Assembly: GCA_049300435.1 (NCBI GenBank)
Contig: JBAQJS010000145.1
Span: forward strand, 13,044 to 77,043
Direction: 5' to 3'
DNA length: 64,000 nucleotides
From: Candidatus Acidiferrales bacterium
Lineage (GTDB): Bacteria > Acidobacteriota > Terriglobia > Acidiferrales > UBA7541
Shown here: piece after piece, positions 47,786 through 56,869 of the stretch
Position numbering within the stretch: position 1 is the first letter of the stretch
How the letters are laid out: each line of letters opens with the position of its first letter
The notes under the pieces: model-generated
Told to the model about the DNA's origin: nothing
The model's database searches: none
What the model saw: only the letters and a program-made list of their open reading frames with translations
Translations under genes and position numbers: made by a program

Positions 47786-48985
47786 TCACGCGGATATTTT
47801 CAGTTTGGACAGGCGCTCGGCGGCGGCCTGGAAGGTTTTTTCGGTCTTGCAGAAAGTGAAGCGCAGGTGGGTGCGGCCGTCGGCGGGGTCGCGATAGAAA
47901 CTGGAGCCGGGAACGGCGGCGACGCCGATTTCGGTGACGAGATATTTCGCGAAGGCGACATCGTCGGGGAAACCGAACGCGGAAATGTCGGTCATGATGT
48001 AGTAGGCGCCGCGCGGCTTGAAGCAACGAAAGCCCGCGCCGGTGAGGATTCCCAGGAGGCGTTCGCGGCGCTGCGCGTAATCACTCGCGAGGGTCGCGTA
48101 ATATTCCGGCGGGGATTGCAGCGCGATGGCGCCCGCTTCCTGCAACGGAGCGGCGGCGCCGACGGTGAGAAAATCGTGCACTTTGCGGATGGCGGCCGTT
48201 ACTTCAGGCGCGGCGATGGCCCAGCCGACGCGCCAGCCGGTGACGCTGTAGGTTTTCGAGAGCGCGTTGATGGTGATGGTCCGGTTGCGCATGCCGTCGA
48301 GCGTGGCCATGGAAATGTGCCGCGCGCCGTCGTAGAGCATGTGCTCGTAGATTTCGTCGGTAATGGCGTAGGCATTCCAGCGCAGGCAAAGCTCGCGGAT
48401 CTGTTCGAATTCGGTGCGCTCGAAAACCTTTCCGGTGGGATTATTGGGCGTATTGAGAATGATGGCTTTGGTTTTGGGGCCGAAGGCCGCGGCGAGCTCT
48501 TGCGGATCGAACGTCCAATCGGGCGCGTGCAGCTTCACGAAACGCGGCGTGGCGCCGGAAAGAATCGCGTCCGGGCCGTAATTCTCGTAGAACGGCTCGA
48601 AGACCACGACTTCGTCGCCGGGATTGACGATGGCCAGCATGGAGGAAATCATGGCTTCGGTGGAGCCGCAGCAGACGGTGATTTCGCGTTCGGGGTCAAT
48701 GGGGGCGCCGCTGGCGCGGGAGAAATTTTCGGCGATGGCGTTGCGCAGGGATTTCGAGCCCCAGGTGATGGCGTACTGATTCACGTCCGCGGCGATGGCT
48801 TCCTGCGCGGCGCGCTTGATGTGGGCGGGCGCAGGGAAATCGGGAAAGCCCTGCGAGAGATTGACGGCCTGATGCTTCAGAGCCAGACGCGTCATTTCGC
48901 GGATCACGGACTCGGTGAACTGCGCGGCTTTCGAGGAAAGGCGCGGACTAGTGGCCACGGCGGGCTGCGGCAGTGAAGGATTCAT
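47786..48985 (-). CDS. Class I/II pyridoxal-phosphate aminotransferase (MtnE/kynurenine-type)
   Basis: FTESVIREMTRLA..., NTPNNPTGKVF and the PLP-lysine box INALSKTYSVTGWRVGW. Start ATG 48985 overlaps the upstream gene end by 38 nt, so the start is uncertain. Confidence 0.85.
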   Translation of the reverse strand: MNPSLPQPAVATSPRLSSKAAQFTESVIREMTRLALKHQAVNLSQGFPDFPAPAHIKRAAQEAIAADVNQYAITWGSKSLRNAIAENFSRASGAPIDPEREITVCCGSTEAMISSMLAIVNPGDEVVVFEPFYENYGPDAILSGATPRFVKLHAPDWTFDPQELAAAFGPKTKAIILNTPNNPTGKVFERTEFEQIRELCLRWNAYAITDEIYEHMLYDGARHISMATLDGMRNRTITINALSKTYSVTGWRVGWAIAAPEVTAAIRKVHDFLTVGAAAPLQEAGAIALQSPPEYYATLASDYAQRRERLLGILTGAGFRCFKPRGAYYIMTDISAFGFPDDVAFAKYLVTEIGVAAVPGSSFYRDPADGRTHLRFTFCKTEKTFQAAAERLSKLKISA

Positions 48986-51263
48986 TCTTCGGACCTCGCG
49001 CGGATTGCGGCTCATCCAGCTTGCGCCCATATAACCTACGATAGATGTCCGCGTTGCGCGTAACGATTTCGACGTAGTCGCGCGTTTCGGTGAAAGGGAT
49101 GGAATCCACGAATTCAGCGGGCTCGCGATAGGTCTGGCCCGCGGTCCAGAAGGAGACGCGGTCTTCTCCGGCATTGTAAGCGGCGAGCGCCGATTCCACG
49201 TTGCCGAAATTCCGCTGCAACCCGGCGAAATAAATGGTGCCGATGCGGATATTGTAATCCGGTTCGAAGAGCATGGGTGTGGAGTAGCGCACTTTGGCCT
49301 GCTTGGCGAAGCGGCGCGCCGTCTTCGGCAGAAGCTGCATCAGGCCGAAGGCGTTGGCGTGCGAGCGCGCCTCGGGATCGTAGGCGGACTCCTGGCGGAT
49401 GAGCCCGGCGGTCAGCATGGGATCCACGCCGGCGCTGGAGGAGCGCGTGACGATGGAGGACTCGAAAGGCATGGCGTAGGCAGTGAGCCATACCTCGCGC
49501 GGAACTTCGTTGAAAGGACGCCACTCGAGCTGCGGATAAATCTGGCGCACGGTGACGATGGCGGCGCCCACGTGCCCGGCATTCACGGCTTCCTGCGCGG
49601 CTTCGAGCAGCAGGCGGGGCTCACGGGTCGCGGCAAAGGCGGCACGCAATTCGAGTTCGGCGGAAGCGTCAAAGGCGATGGAGCGGAGCGCGTCGGCGCG
49701 CGCCTGGCGGCCCGCCGCAGCGGCCGGAATCGTCGGGCCGAGGGTCAGCGCGGGAAGCACCGGCGGAATCGTTGCGAGGACGTCCGCATCGGCGGCTGGA
49801 CCCGGACCGAGGGCGCGCAGGCGCTTGGCCGCGGCAGCCTGAAAATAATTCTCCGGGAAGCGTTCCTGCAATTTCGTGTAGTAGGTGCGCGCGAGGGCGG
49901 AGTTCCCTGCTTCCTCGGAAAGGCGGCCGAGCCAATAGAGGGCGTCAGGCGAAAATTGCGAGCCGGGAAAACGGCGCAGATGTTCCGCGAGATCGGCGGG
50001 CGCCTCCGGCTCGCGCTTCAGGACCGCCGCCCAGGTGTAGCGCCACTGCGCGGGAAGCGCTTCGGCGGATGACGGAAAATTATCGGAGAGGCGCTTGTAG
50101 TAGGTGGCGGCGCGGTCGCGCTCGAGCATCACCCAGTAATAATTCCCGGCGAGGAAGAGCGCCGATTCGGACCAGCGGCTGTCCGGAGCGCGCGCCACAG
50201 CGGACTCCACCGCGGCGACCATCTGCGCTTCGGAGGGGCGGTCGCGATAGTAATTGGCGATGGAATAGTAACGCTCGGCGTCCACGTCCGGGTCGGTGAT
50301 GCTGAGGGCGGAGATTTCGGAGACTCCAGCGCCCAGCGCGACGCCGCATTCCAGGATGCGCAGCTCGGCGCGTTCACGGTCGGCGCCGGTCAACTGCGGC
50401 AGCAGGTGCGAGTATTCGCTGCGCGCGTCGCCCCACTGATGGCTCATGAATATCGTGGAAGCATGTTCGATCTGCTGTTCGACCGGGATGGCGGGAAGCT
50501 TGTCGCCGAGAGAGCTGCGCAGAAAGGCAAGCTTCTCGCCGGCTTCGCGGGCCTGCTCGTCCAACGGGAAACGCAAATAGATCGTCTGGTAATCGCCGGC
50601 CGCTTGCAGCAGTTGCGCGGATTGTTCACGGGCTTCGGCGCGCAGGAAAAGCAGAGCGGGCTTTTCCCTGGCCGGCGGGTAAGCGTCGAGGGCGGTGAGA
50701 ATTTCCTGCGGCTTACCGAGCGCGAGTGCGGCCACGCCCAGAGATTGCAAGACTTCGTCGGTGATCACCGAATCGGGGTAGTCCTTGCGAAATTCCTCGA
50801 GTTGCGCCAGAGCTTCGGCGTTGTGGTTGAGCGCCAGATTGGTTTGCGCGCTCCAGTAGAGCGCGTAGTCGCGCAGCAACGGGTCGCCTTGTGCGATCTT
50901 CAGCCACTTTGCGGACTGCGCGTAGTGCTCCTTCCCGTAATCGTAATATCCCAGGGCGAGCGCGGCGCGAGCACCCAGCGCGCCGGAGGGCTTGCGCATG
51001 GCCAGGGCGCTCAGCTTCGCGTAGGCCACCGCGGGATTTTTCTTCTTCAGGGCGCGAGACAGTTCTTCGAGCTGCTTAGCAGCGGGCGTTGCGGAGGGGC
51101 GAGTGGCGGGGACGGCTGTGGACTTCTTCGCGTGATGTGAAGGGGTCTTCTGGGATGGCGCGGGCGCGGATTGTGGCGCCGCGAAAGCCGCCGGCAAACA
51201 CACCACGACCGAGAACACGAATAGAACAGCGATTCCGCGAATCACAGGGCCGAAGAACCTCAT
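48948..51263 (-). CDS. slt: Soluble lytic murein transglycosylase (Slt70-like): superhelical TPR-like N-domain plus SLT domain
   Basis: Signal peptide, long alpha-helical repeat region, and C-terminal SLT domain LTAGLIRQESAYDPEARSHANAFGLMQL...AYNAGEDRV. Confidence 0.8.
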   Translation of the reverse strand: MRFFGPVIRGIAVLFVFSVVVCLPAAFAAPQSAPAPSQKTPSHHAKKSTAVPATRPSATPAAKQLEELSRALKKKNPAVAYAKLSALAMRKPSGALGARAALALGYYDYGKEHYAQSAKWLKIAQGDPLLRDYALYWSAQTNLALNHNAEALAQLEEFRKDYPDSVITDEVLQSLGVAALALGKPQEILTALDAYPPAREKPALLFLRAEAREQSAQLLQAAGDYQTIYLRFPLDEQAREAGEKLAFLRSSLGDKLPAIPVEQQIEHASTIFMSHQWGDARSEYSHLLPQLTGADRERAELRILECGVALGAGVSEISALSITDPDVDAERYYSIANYYRDRPSEAQMVAAVESAVARAPDSRWSESALFLAGNYYWVMLERDRAATYYKRLSDNFPSSAEALPAQWRYTWAAVLKREPEAPADLAEHLRRFPGSQFSPDALYWLGRLSEEAGNSALARTYYTKLQERFPENYFQAAAAKRLRALGPGPAADADVLATIPPVLPALTLGPTIPAAAAGRQARADALRSIAFDASAELELRAAFAATREPRLLLEAAQEAVNAGHVGAAIVTVRQIYPQLEWRPFNEVPREVWLTAYAMPFESSIVTRSSSAGVDPMLTAGLIRQESAYDPEARSHANAFGLMQLLPKTARRFAKQAKVRYSTPMLFEPDYNIRIGTIYFAGLQRNFGNVESALAAYNAGEDRVSFWTAGQTYREPAEFVDSIPFTETRDYVEIVTRNADIYRRLYGRKLDEPQSARGPKNESFTAAARRGH

Positions 51264-51282
51264 TCTGATTATCTTTTATATC

Positions 51283-52161
51283 TTAATGCCGCAAGACAGG
51301 CGAGGGATACGGATATTCCCCGAGGGCGTTGGCGTCGCCATCGGCGAGGATTTGCACCATCCAATCGTAGAAATAATCCACGGGATGGTCCTGAATGGCG
51401 CGAAAGCGCCGGTCGTATTCCTTGCGGGCCTTATCAATGTCAACGCGCAGCCTGGCGCAAAGGTCCTTATGTTCGCGCCCCAGACGAACTTCCTTCGGCT
51501 GCAATAATTTGATGTCCTGCATGGCCACTTTGGCCACGCGGTTGGCGCGGCGATGCAGTTCCTGCTCTTCCTTGGGGAGCGCGCCAACGTCGAAAGCCTC
51601 TTCGGCGGCGAGTTCTGCCTCGGCCAGAACCGCTTCGGGGGGCGCGGGAGCAGCGTCGGCGGCGGCCGCGGGAGCTGCGCCCAGCACTTCTTCAGGCTCT
51701 TCGACCCATTCGAGTTCCGGCTCGGGCGCCGCGGGAACGGCTGCCGCAGCGGGAACCTCCGGCTCTTCTTCCGCGGCCTCGAGAGCTTCCTCTTCCACCG
51801 CGACAGATGAGGGCGCGGAGGACTGCTCGTCCCCGGACGAATGCTGCTCGCGCGGGTTCAGCGCCACGGCCACAAAATTCGAGAGGACGGACAGCCCCGC
51901 GGCCAGCGCGGCGGCAGCGGTCTGCGCGCGCAGCAGCGCCGGCAAAGCGTTGCTGGGACGGCTGGAACCGCAGGCCGCGACTAAATCCGCGTAGGCGTGA
52001 TGCAACTCGTCGGCGGTGCGCTGCAGCGGCGCGAGGTTGTCGCGCAGAGCGCGGGATACCGCCTCTTCCAGGGCGTGCTCGAGCGAGGATTGCCTGGGAG
52101 CCAAAGGAATCGTTGCCTCTTCTGGATTATGGAAACGGTAATTGGGGGTGTCAACCAACAT
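51283..52161 (-). CDS. Hypothetical protein with acidic Ala/Glu/Pro-rich centre and conserved-looking C-terminal domain
   Basis: C-terminus LHRRANRVAKVAMQDIKLLQPKEVRLGREHKDLCARLRVDIDKARKEYDRRF.... Start ATG 52161 chosen (MLVDTPNYRF). Confidence 0.45.
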   Translation of the reverse strand: MLVDTPNYRFHNPEEATIPLAPRQSSLEHALEEAVSRALRDNLAPLQRTADELHHAYADLVAACGSSRPSNALPALLRAQTAAAALAAGLSVLSNFVAVALNPREQHSSGDEQSSAPSSVAVEEEALEAAEEEPEVPAAAAVPAAPEPELEWVEEPEEVLGAAPAAAADAAPAPPEAVLAEAELAAEEAFDVGALPKEEQELHRRANRVAKVAMQDIKLLQPKEVRLGREHKDLCARLRVDIDKARKEYDRRFRAIQDHPVDYFYDWMVQILADGDANALGEYPYPSPVLRH

Positions 52162-52252
52162 TACCGAAGCGCGTGCCTGCCAGACAGCGGTCGGTCCGAC
52201 TCCGCGGCAATTCGACCTCGCGGACGGCGCGCAGACGCGCTCGCTTCGCATT

Positions 52253-52783
52253 TCAGAGCAGCCGTTGTATCTCCGCCTCGATGACTTTCGTGTACTCGAA
52301 TCCGATTACTTTGTAACGCAGCACGCCATGCCGATCGTACAGCATGGTCGTCGGCAAGCCCTGGATCGGGCCGAATTTTTCGGCAAGATCATCGGTGGCG
52401 ACAACAAGGGGATAACGAACGCCAATTCTACGAGCAAACCTTTCGGGATTTTCCGTATCCGCCATTACCGCGGACTTCAGACCGATGACAGCAAATCCTT
52501 GCCGATGGTAGCGGTCCGCCAGTTTCTGGTAGCCGGGCATCTCTTTCTTGCACGGCTGACACCAGGTAGCCCAAAAGTCAACCAGCACGACTTGGCCTCG
52601 AAAACTGGCGGACGAAATATCGCGTCCCGAGAGGTCCTTCATCGTGAAATCCGGTAGCTGCGAACCGATTTCACCGGCGCGGAGCGCAGCTTGCGTGGCC
52701 CGGGAAATGGGCGCAGGGCGCTGACGGCACCCAGTCATAGCAGCGCCGGCAAGTAAGATCAACATGACGTATCTCCCCATCAT
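52253..52783 (-). CDS. TlpA/ResA-like thiol:disulfide oxidoreductase lipoprotein
   Basis: Lipobox LLAGAAMTGC, thioredoxin motif FWATWCQPCKKEMP. The ATGA overlap with the upstream HMA gene stop supports co-transcription. Confidence 0.8.
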   Translation of the reverse strand: MMGRYVMLILLAGAAMTGCRQRPAPISRATQAALRAGEIGSQLPDFTMKDLSGRDISSASFRGQVVLVDFWATWCQPCKKEMPGYQKLADRYHRQGFAVIGLKSAVMADTENPERFARRIGVRYPLVVATDDLAEKFGPIQGLPTTMLYDRHGVLRYKVIGFEYTKVIEAEIQRLL

Positions 52784-53304
52784 TCCCTCTTCTGGACTTC
52801 GAGTATCAACAACTTGATGGCAGCCGACGGGTCCGTTTTCTTTTTCCCCGGAGGCTTCTTGTACAATTGGCCGCGCAACGTAACCTCTGTCGCGGAGCCG
52901 GCCAGCGCTTCGAGCTGTTTCGAAAGATCATTGGGCACAACCGGGAACGACCGATTGGGCGCAACCCGGAACATCAGTTCGCCCGCGGCGTTCTTGAACA
53001 AGGTTCCGCGCGCGACCATGTCCATTTCGGCAACGCTCACGCCGCTATCGTATGTGGCCTTGATGAGCTGGACAGGATCAATCTGTCCATCTTCCTTGGG
53101 CGTCACATCCACTTTTCCGTCAATCAAGCTGACTTCCACGTTTTGAACGCCAGACTGGCGTCCGAGGTGTTGTTTCACCCCGTATGCTCAAAAATTTCAG
53201 GTCATGCCTTCGACGCGCATTTCAATGTGCTTTACCTGGGCTTGCGTTACCGGCGTGAGCGCCGCGCCCAGCAACGCCAGCAGCGCAATTTTCCGTATGT
53301 CCAT
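52780..53304 (-). CDS. Secreted heavy-metal-associated (HMA) domain protein with TGA at both CxxC positions (candidate UxxU selenoprotein)
   Basis: AAGGAG-N5-ATG 53304. Signal peptide MDIRKIALLALLGAALTPVTQAQ, then VKHIEMRVEGMT-TGA(53197-53199)-NF-TGA(53188-53190)-AYGVKQHLGRQSGVQNVEVSLIDGKVDV, i.e. the GMTCxxC HMA motif with both Cys codons replaced by TGA. The frame otherwise stays open to TGA 52780-52782. Confidence 0.55.
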
Positions 53305-53318
53305 CGTTGCTCCTTTCA

Positions 53319-54296
53319 TTAGAGATGAAAGCGAAACTGCTGCGTGATTCCAAAACTGATGTGGCGGCGAACGGGCATGAACATCGCGCCCGTCGAGTGC
53401 GCGACATCCCAATCCATTCCAAGCCAGATATGCATGCCCGGCCGAACGCCCGCGTACGTGGTAATACCCGCGAGCAGCGCGTCGCCGCCGCTTCCAGGTT
53501 GATTTACTCCCGCGATCTGGTCGTCCTGCGAGTGGAGCCACGTGACTACAGGACCGATGAACCATTCGCGACTTGCGTCTCTGGCTTCATACGGCCGATA
53601 CGACAGCCAAAAACGGGATTCGACGCCGTCGCCGAGCTTGGTTCTCTGGATTCCCTGGGACCGGACGATCGCGTGAAAATCCTCATCGGCGACCAGGCGG
53701 CGCAGATTGAATAGTCCCGTGTACGTCCAATTCACGGCGGCAAAAAGATCTGTAGAGCCTGAGCCTGGCTGTAACGAGGCAGGCAATCGGGCGCCGTCAT
53801 CGTCCAGCAAATCGGTTCGTCCCGTCGGCAGTTTGGGGCCCAGCGTCATGGATGCTTGCGTCGTTCCGCGTTGCGAATCGCGCCGGTAAAATCGGTACTT
53901 TACCAGCAGCATCGTGTCGCCCAGACCTGTTCCACCTAGCGTGCCGCCTGTCCCGTGCATCCCAAATTCGTTGGTTACCAGCGGCAGCAGCACCGTGAGA
54001 TCGAAATTGCGATAGAAACCCCAAGTAAAGTTGAAATCACCCTCGTGTGAAAAAGTTGGCCTAGCCGTCGCCGGGATGCTCGCCGATGAAACGGGATCCA
54101 GACCGCGCGTCGTGAAAATGGAGTTGTAAGAAATGAGCGCCCCGCCCGGAAACAGCGTCGGAGCGGTTTCCGGCGCGACGCCTTGCGCTCTCGCTCTGGG
54201 AGCGGAAAACGACAAGGACAGCAACAACATCGCTTGCAACACTTTGCGTCGTCTCACAGTTTTCCTTCCAATGGAAAATGCCGGCGGCCCAAACAC
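53319..54296 (-). CDS. Outer-membrane beta-barrel protein (MetA-pathway/transporter-like)
   Basis: Signal peptide LQAMLLLSLSFSAPRARAQ, alternating beta pattern, aromatic C-terminus GITQQFRFHL. Its TAA stop is the TAA of the TAATG junction at 53317-53321. That ATG (53319) is an in-frame alternative start 5 codons upstream of the HMA start chosen here (53304). Confidence 0.55.
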   Translation of the reverse strand: MFGPPAFSIGRKTVRRRKVLQAMLLLSLSFSAPRARAQGVAPETAPTLFPGGALISYNSIFTTRGLDPVSSASIPATARPTFSHEGDFNFTWGFYRNFDLTVLLPLVTNEFGMHGTGGTLGGTGLGDTMLLVKYRFYRRDSQRGTTQASMTLGPKLPTGRTDLLDDDGARLPASLQPGSGSTDLFAAVNWTYTGLFNLRRLVADEDFHAIVRSQGIQRTKLGDGVESRFWLSYRPYEARDASREWFIGPVVTWLHSQDDQIAGVNQPGSGGDALLAGITTYAGVRPGMHIWLGMDWDVAHSTGAMFMPVRRHISFGITQQFRFHL

Positions 54297-54333
54297 ACGG
54301 GCGCGCCAAATCTATTTTTCGATTGGAAGGTGG

Positions 54334-54684
54334 CTAGATACGAAGCGGCGTGAGATCCGAAAGATCCAGGATGGGCGGAGCATGCGAGTGGGCAACGACG
54401 GCATACGCGGAAGAAATCTTGCTTGCGCGGTCGCCATTTTCAGATAGCACCGACAAGAGGGCGAACGGGATAGAGGCAACGCGGACCGCGGACGACTTCA
54501 CGAAGGGAGCGTGCATCGCCGGCATCGTCTTGCAACAATCCTGACTGTGGCCGTGCGACGAGCAGGGCATCGTATTGCAGCACTGCATAGCTTCCGCCGG
54601 CGAAGCCATCGCCGAACAATCGAACGCGTAAAGCGCCAGTGCGAGCGCGATGAACGCCATCAGGATTGATTTGGCAAGACGCAT
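54334..54684 (-). CDS. Small secreted Cys/His/Met-rich protein (putative metal-binding)
   Basis: MRLAKSILMAFIALALALYAF signal/TM, then CSAMASPAEAMQCCNTMPCSSHGHSQDCCKTMPAMHAP. First gene of the operon with the HMA and TlpA genes. Confidence 0.5.
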   Translation of the reverse strand: MRLAKSILMAFIALALALYAFDCSAMASPAEAMQCCNTMPCSSHGHSQDCCKTMPAMHAPFVKSSAVRVASIPFALLSVLSENGDRASKISSAYAVVAHSHAPPILDLSDLTPLRI

Positions 54685-54805
54685 CGAGATGAAGTTAGAC
54701 TGGTTCGCTTTCCAAGTCAACGCGAGTGTGATGGAGTTGCCATGCCGGAAGGCGCAGGCGGCAAACCACGAGCCTTGCAATGCTCGCAACGGAGAGAGAC
54801 CGGTT

Positions 54806-55306
54806 ATGCCGACAGCGGAGCAGATTCGCGAAATCTTGAAGTTGCGGCCGCACCCGATCGAGGGTGGGTACTTCGTCGAAACTTACCGCGGCGGCCAAAT
54901 GCTGCCGGCGAGCTTGCTGCCGGGCTATCCCGGGGAGCGGGCAATCTCGACGGCGATTTACTATTTGCTGACGCCGGACACTTTTTCGGCGATGCACCGG
55001 GTGCGCGGTGACGAAATGTTTCATTTTTATCTTGGCGACGAGGTGGAGATGCTGCAATTGCATTCCGACGGCACCGGCGAGGTGCTCTGGCTGGGGCAGG
55101 ACATCGCGGCGGGTATGCGATTGCAGCACACGGTGCCCGGAGGCGCGTGGCAGGGTTCGCGCGTGCGCGCGGGCGGCAAGTTTGCACTGCTGGGCACGAC
55201 CATGGCGCCGGGGTTCGAGTATGAGGACTACGAAACGGGGAAGCGGGCGGAGCTGGGCGCGCAGTTCCCTCGGTATGCGGAGATGATCGCGGCGTTGACG
55301 CGGTAG
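54806..55306 (+). CDS. Cupin-superfamily protein (DUF985-like)
   Basis: LKLRPHPIEGGYFVETYR...STAIYYLL...FSAMHRVRGDEMFHFYLGD...GGAWQG is characteristic of DUF985 cupins. Start ATG 54806. Confidence 0.75.
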   Translation: MPTAEQIREILKLRPHPIEGGYFVETYRGGQMLPASLLPGYPGERAISTAIYYLLTPDTFSAMHRVRGDEMFHFYLGDEVEMLQLHSDGTGEVLWLGQDIAAGMRLQHTVPGGAWQGSRVRAGGKFALLGTTMAPGFEYEDYETGKRAELGAQFPRYAEMIAALTR

Positions 55307-55526
55307 GATGCGAGCCGAACGGGGCAGGAAGCGATGGGCTGCAGTGCCCGGTCTGCCAGCGCCAGACCCGCCGCTACATGATCCTCTCCATCTACAGGCT
55401 TCTGTGAAAGCCCTCACCGAGCACCCCATCAGGCTTCCGTCGCCGGGAGCTGCACAGGAAGGAACCGCTTCGCAGGGCAGCGAATTGGCTGTCGTGCCAC
55501 GCGGTGGTATCCTAATAAGGACCGAC

Positions 55527-55880
55527 GGGGGCGCAACGGTTTCGACGGAAACTGTAGCGGCTCGAAGGCATGCCGGGACCCACCTCCCCGAAAGATGGTG
55601 GAACAACACAACTGGCAACTCACAGTTGGCACTCGCAGCCTAACTCAAATTAGGCTACGCGCTCCCCCAGGCGTTACCTACGCGCGTGGGTCGGGGCGTC
55701 ACACAGTAGGCTGGCTGTCGCGTTTCGGTCCGCAATGCGGCGGCGAGATCATCGGACTAGCTGGCAGCGCGTCTTGCCTGTTCTGAGCGCTGCTCGCGAA
55801 ACCAACGGAACGGGATAAGCATGTAGTCTTCGTGTTGCAAGGTTTCTCGGACGGGGGTTCAACTCCCCCCGCCTCCACCA
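55527..55880 (+). ncRNA. ssrA: tmRNA (SsrA)
   Basis: 5' GGGGGCGCAACGGTTTCGACGG and 3' GGACGGGGGTTCAACTCCCCCCGCCTCCACCA form the tRNA-Ala-like domain (G3:U pair). The tag reading frame ends ...GNSQLALAA-TAA (stop 55641-55643). Confidence 0.9.
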
Positions 55881-56869
55881 TTTGTATCTAGCTGTTGGCA
55901 TTTAATTTAAGCATTTGGACGAATTGCCGTGTAGCGTTTGTATAGCGGATTCTGGCCGTTTGAGCGTTTTATCAGGCATGTCGAACAACACCGACTCTGT
56001 CAATCTCTTTTTGCGCGCACTCCCACATTCACTCCTGAGAGCGTCTTCTTTCGTAATGTTCTCTGGTCCCAGCATCAACGAGCACGGCTCGCCTGTAGAC
56101 TCTCTCATTCACGGTGGTACAAGAACTCGGGCTGGTCACTATTTAAGGCAAGGAGGTCCATCCGCAACAATTCTTGAGTCAAAAACGCTTCCTGTTTTCA
56201 GCGACTTGGATCTCTGATGATTGTGCACAGTGGCTCAAACGGGCGCTACTTTGCACAGTTCGAGCACAGTCTGGACCAATACTTTGCGGATCAGCAACCG
56301 TCAGTTGTCCGGTGAGGGCGTTTACCAAGGCTTGAGCAATAAGGGCGCAGTCGCGCGAAATTGCGAGTTACTTCTTGAGGATCGAAGCAGGCCACCACAA
56401 TACGAGAACGGCGATGCCGATTGAGCTGGCACGGTCCGGTGATCGGAATTGCGTGACGGAATCCGTTATCTGCGGTAACGTAGGCGACTCGTAGTTGCAG
56501 TTCAGGCCCTTCGTCCCAGTTCGGAGGGTGGTTTGCGTGCTTCGGGCTTTTCTCTTGCACTCGCTCTCATATGGTACATCGGTCTCGCGGTTCCTGTAAT
56601 CTTACAGACCGGCCGCGCGCGGCGTGTACATGTTTCCCTGACCAACCTTTGCGTTACCGAAGGAACGATCACCGCTTTGCCCGCCCATCGTCTCCTGGTC
56701 ACCGACCCGAACGTCCACGCAACCATGAATCGCGAAACGCCGCAGGATATTGAAGCACATTTTGTCTATCTTGGGCCCAGCGACGACAGCGACACCCCTT
56801 CCTCTGGTCAAAACCACCACCAGTTTGGTTTCGAGCTGTACGCTCAGGACGCCTGCAACCTCGTGTATG

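Noticed and set aside
48948-48985. 38-nt overlap between the slt 3' end and the chosen aminotransferase start, considered as a programmed overlap.
   Set aside because: It is more likely start-codon uncertainty. A downstream alternative start may be used, and nothing in the sequence demands an unusual mechanism.
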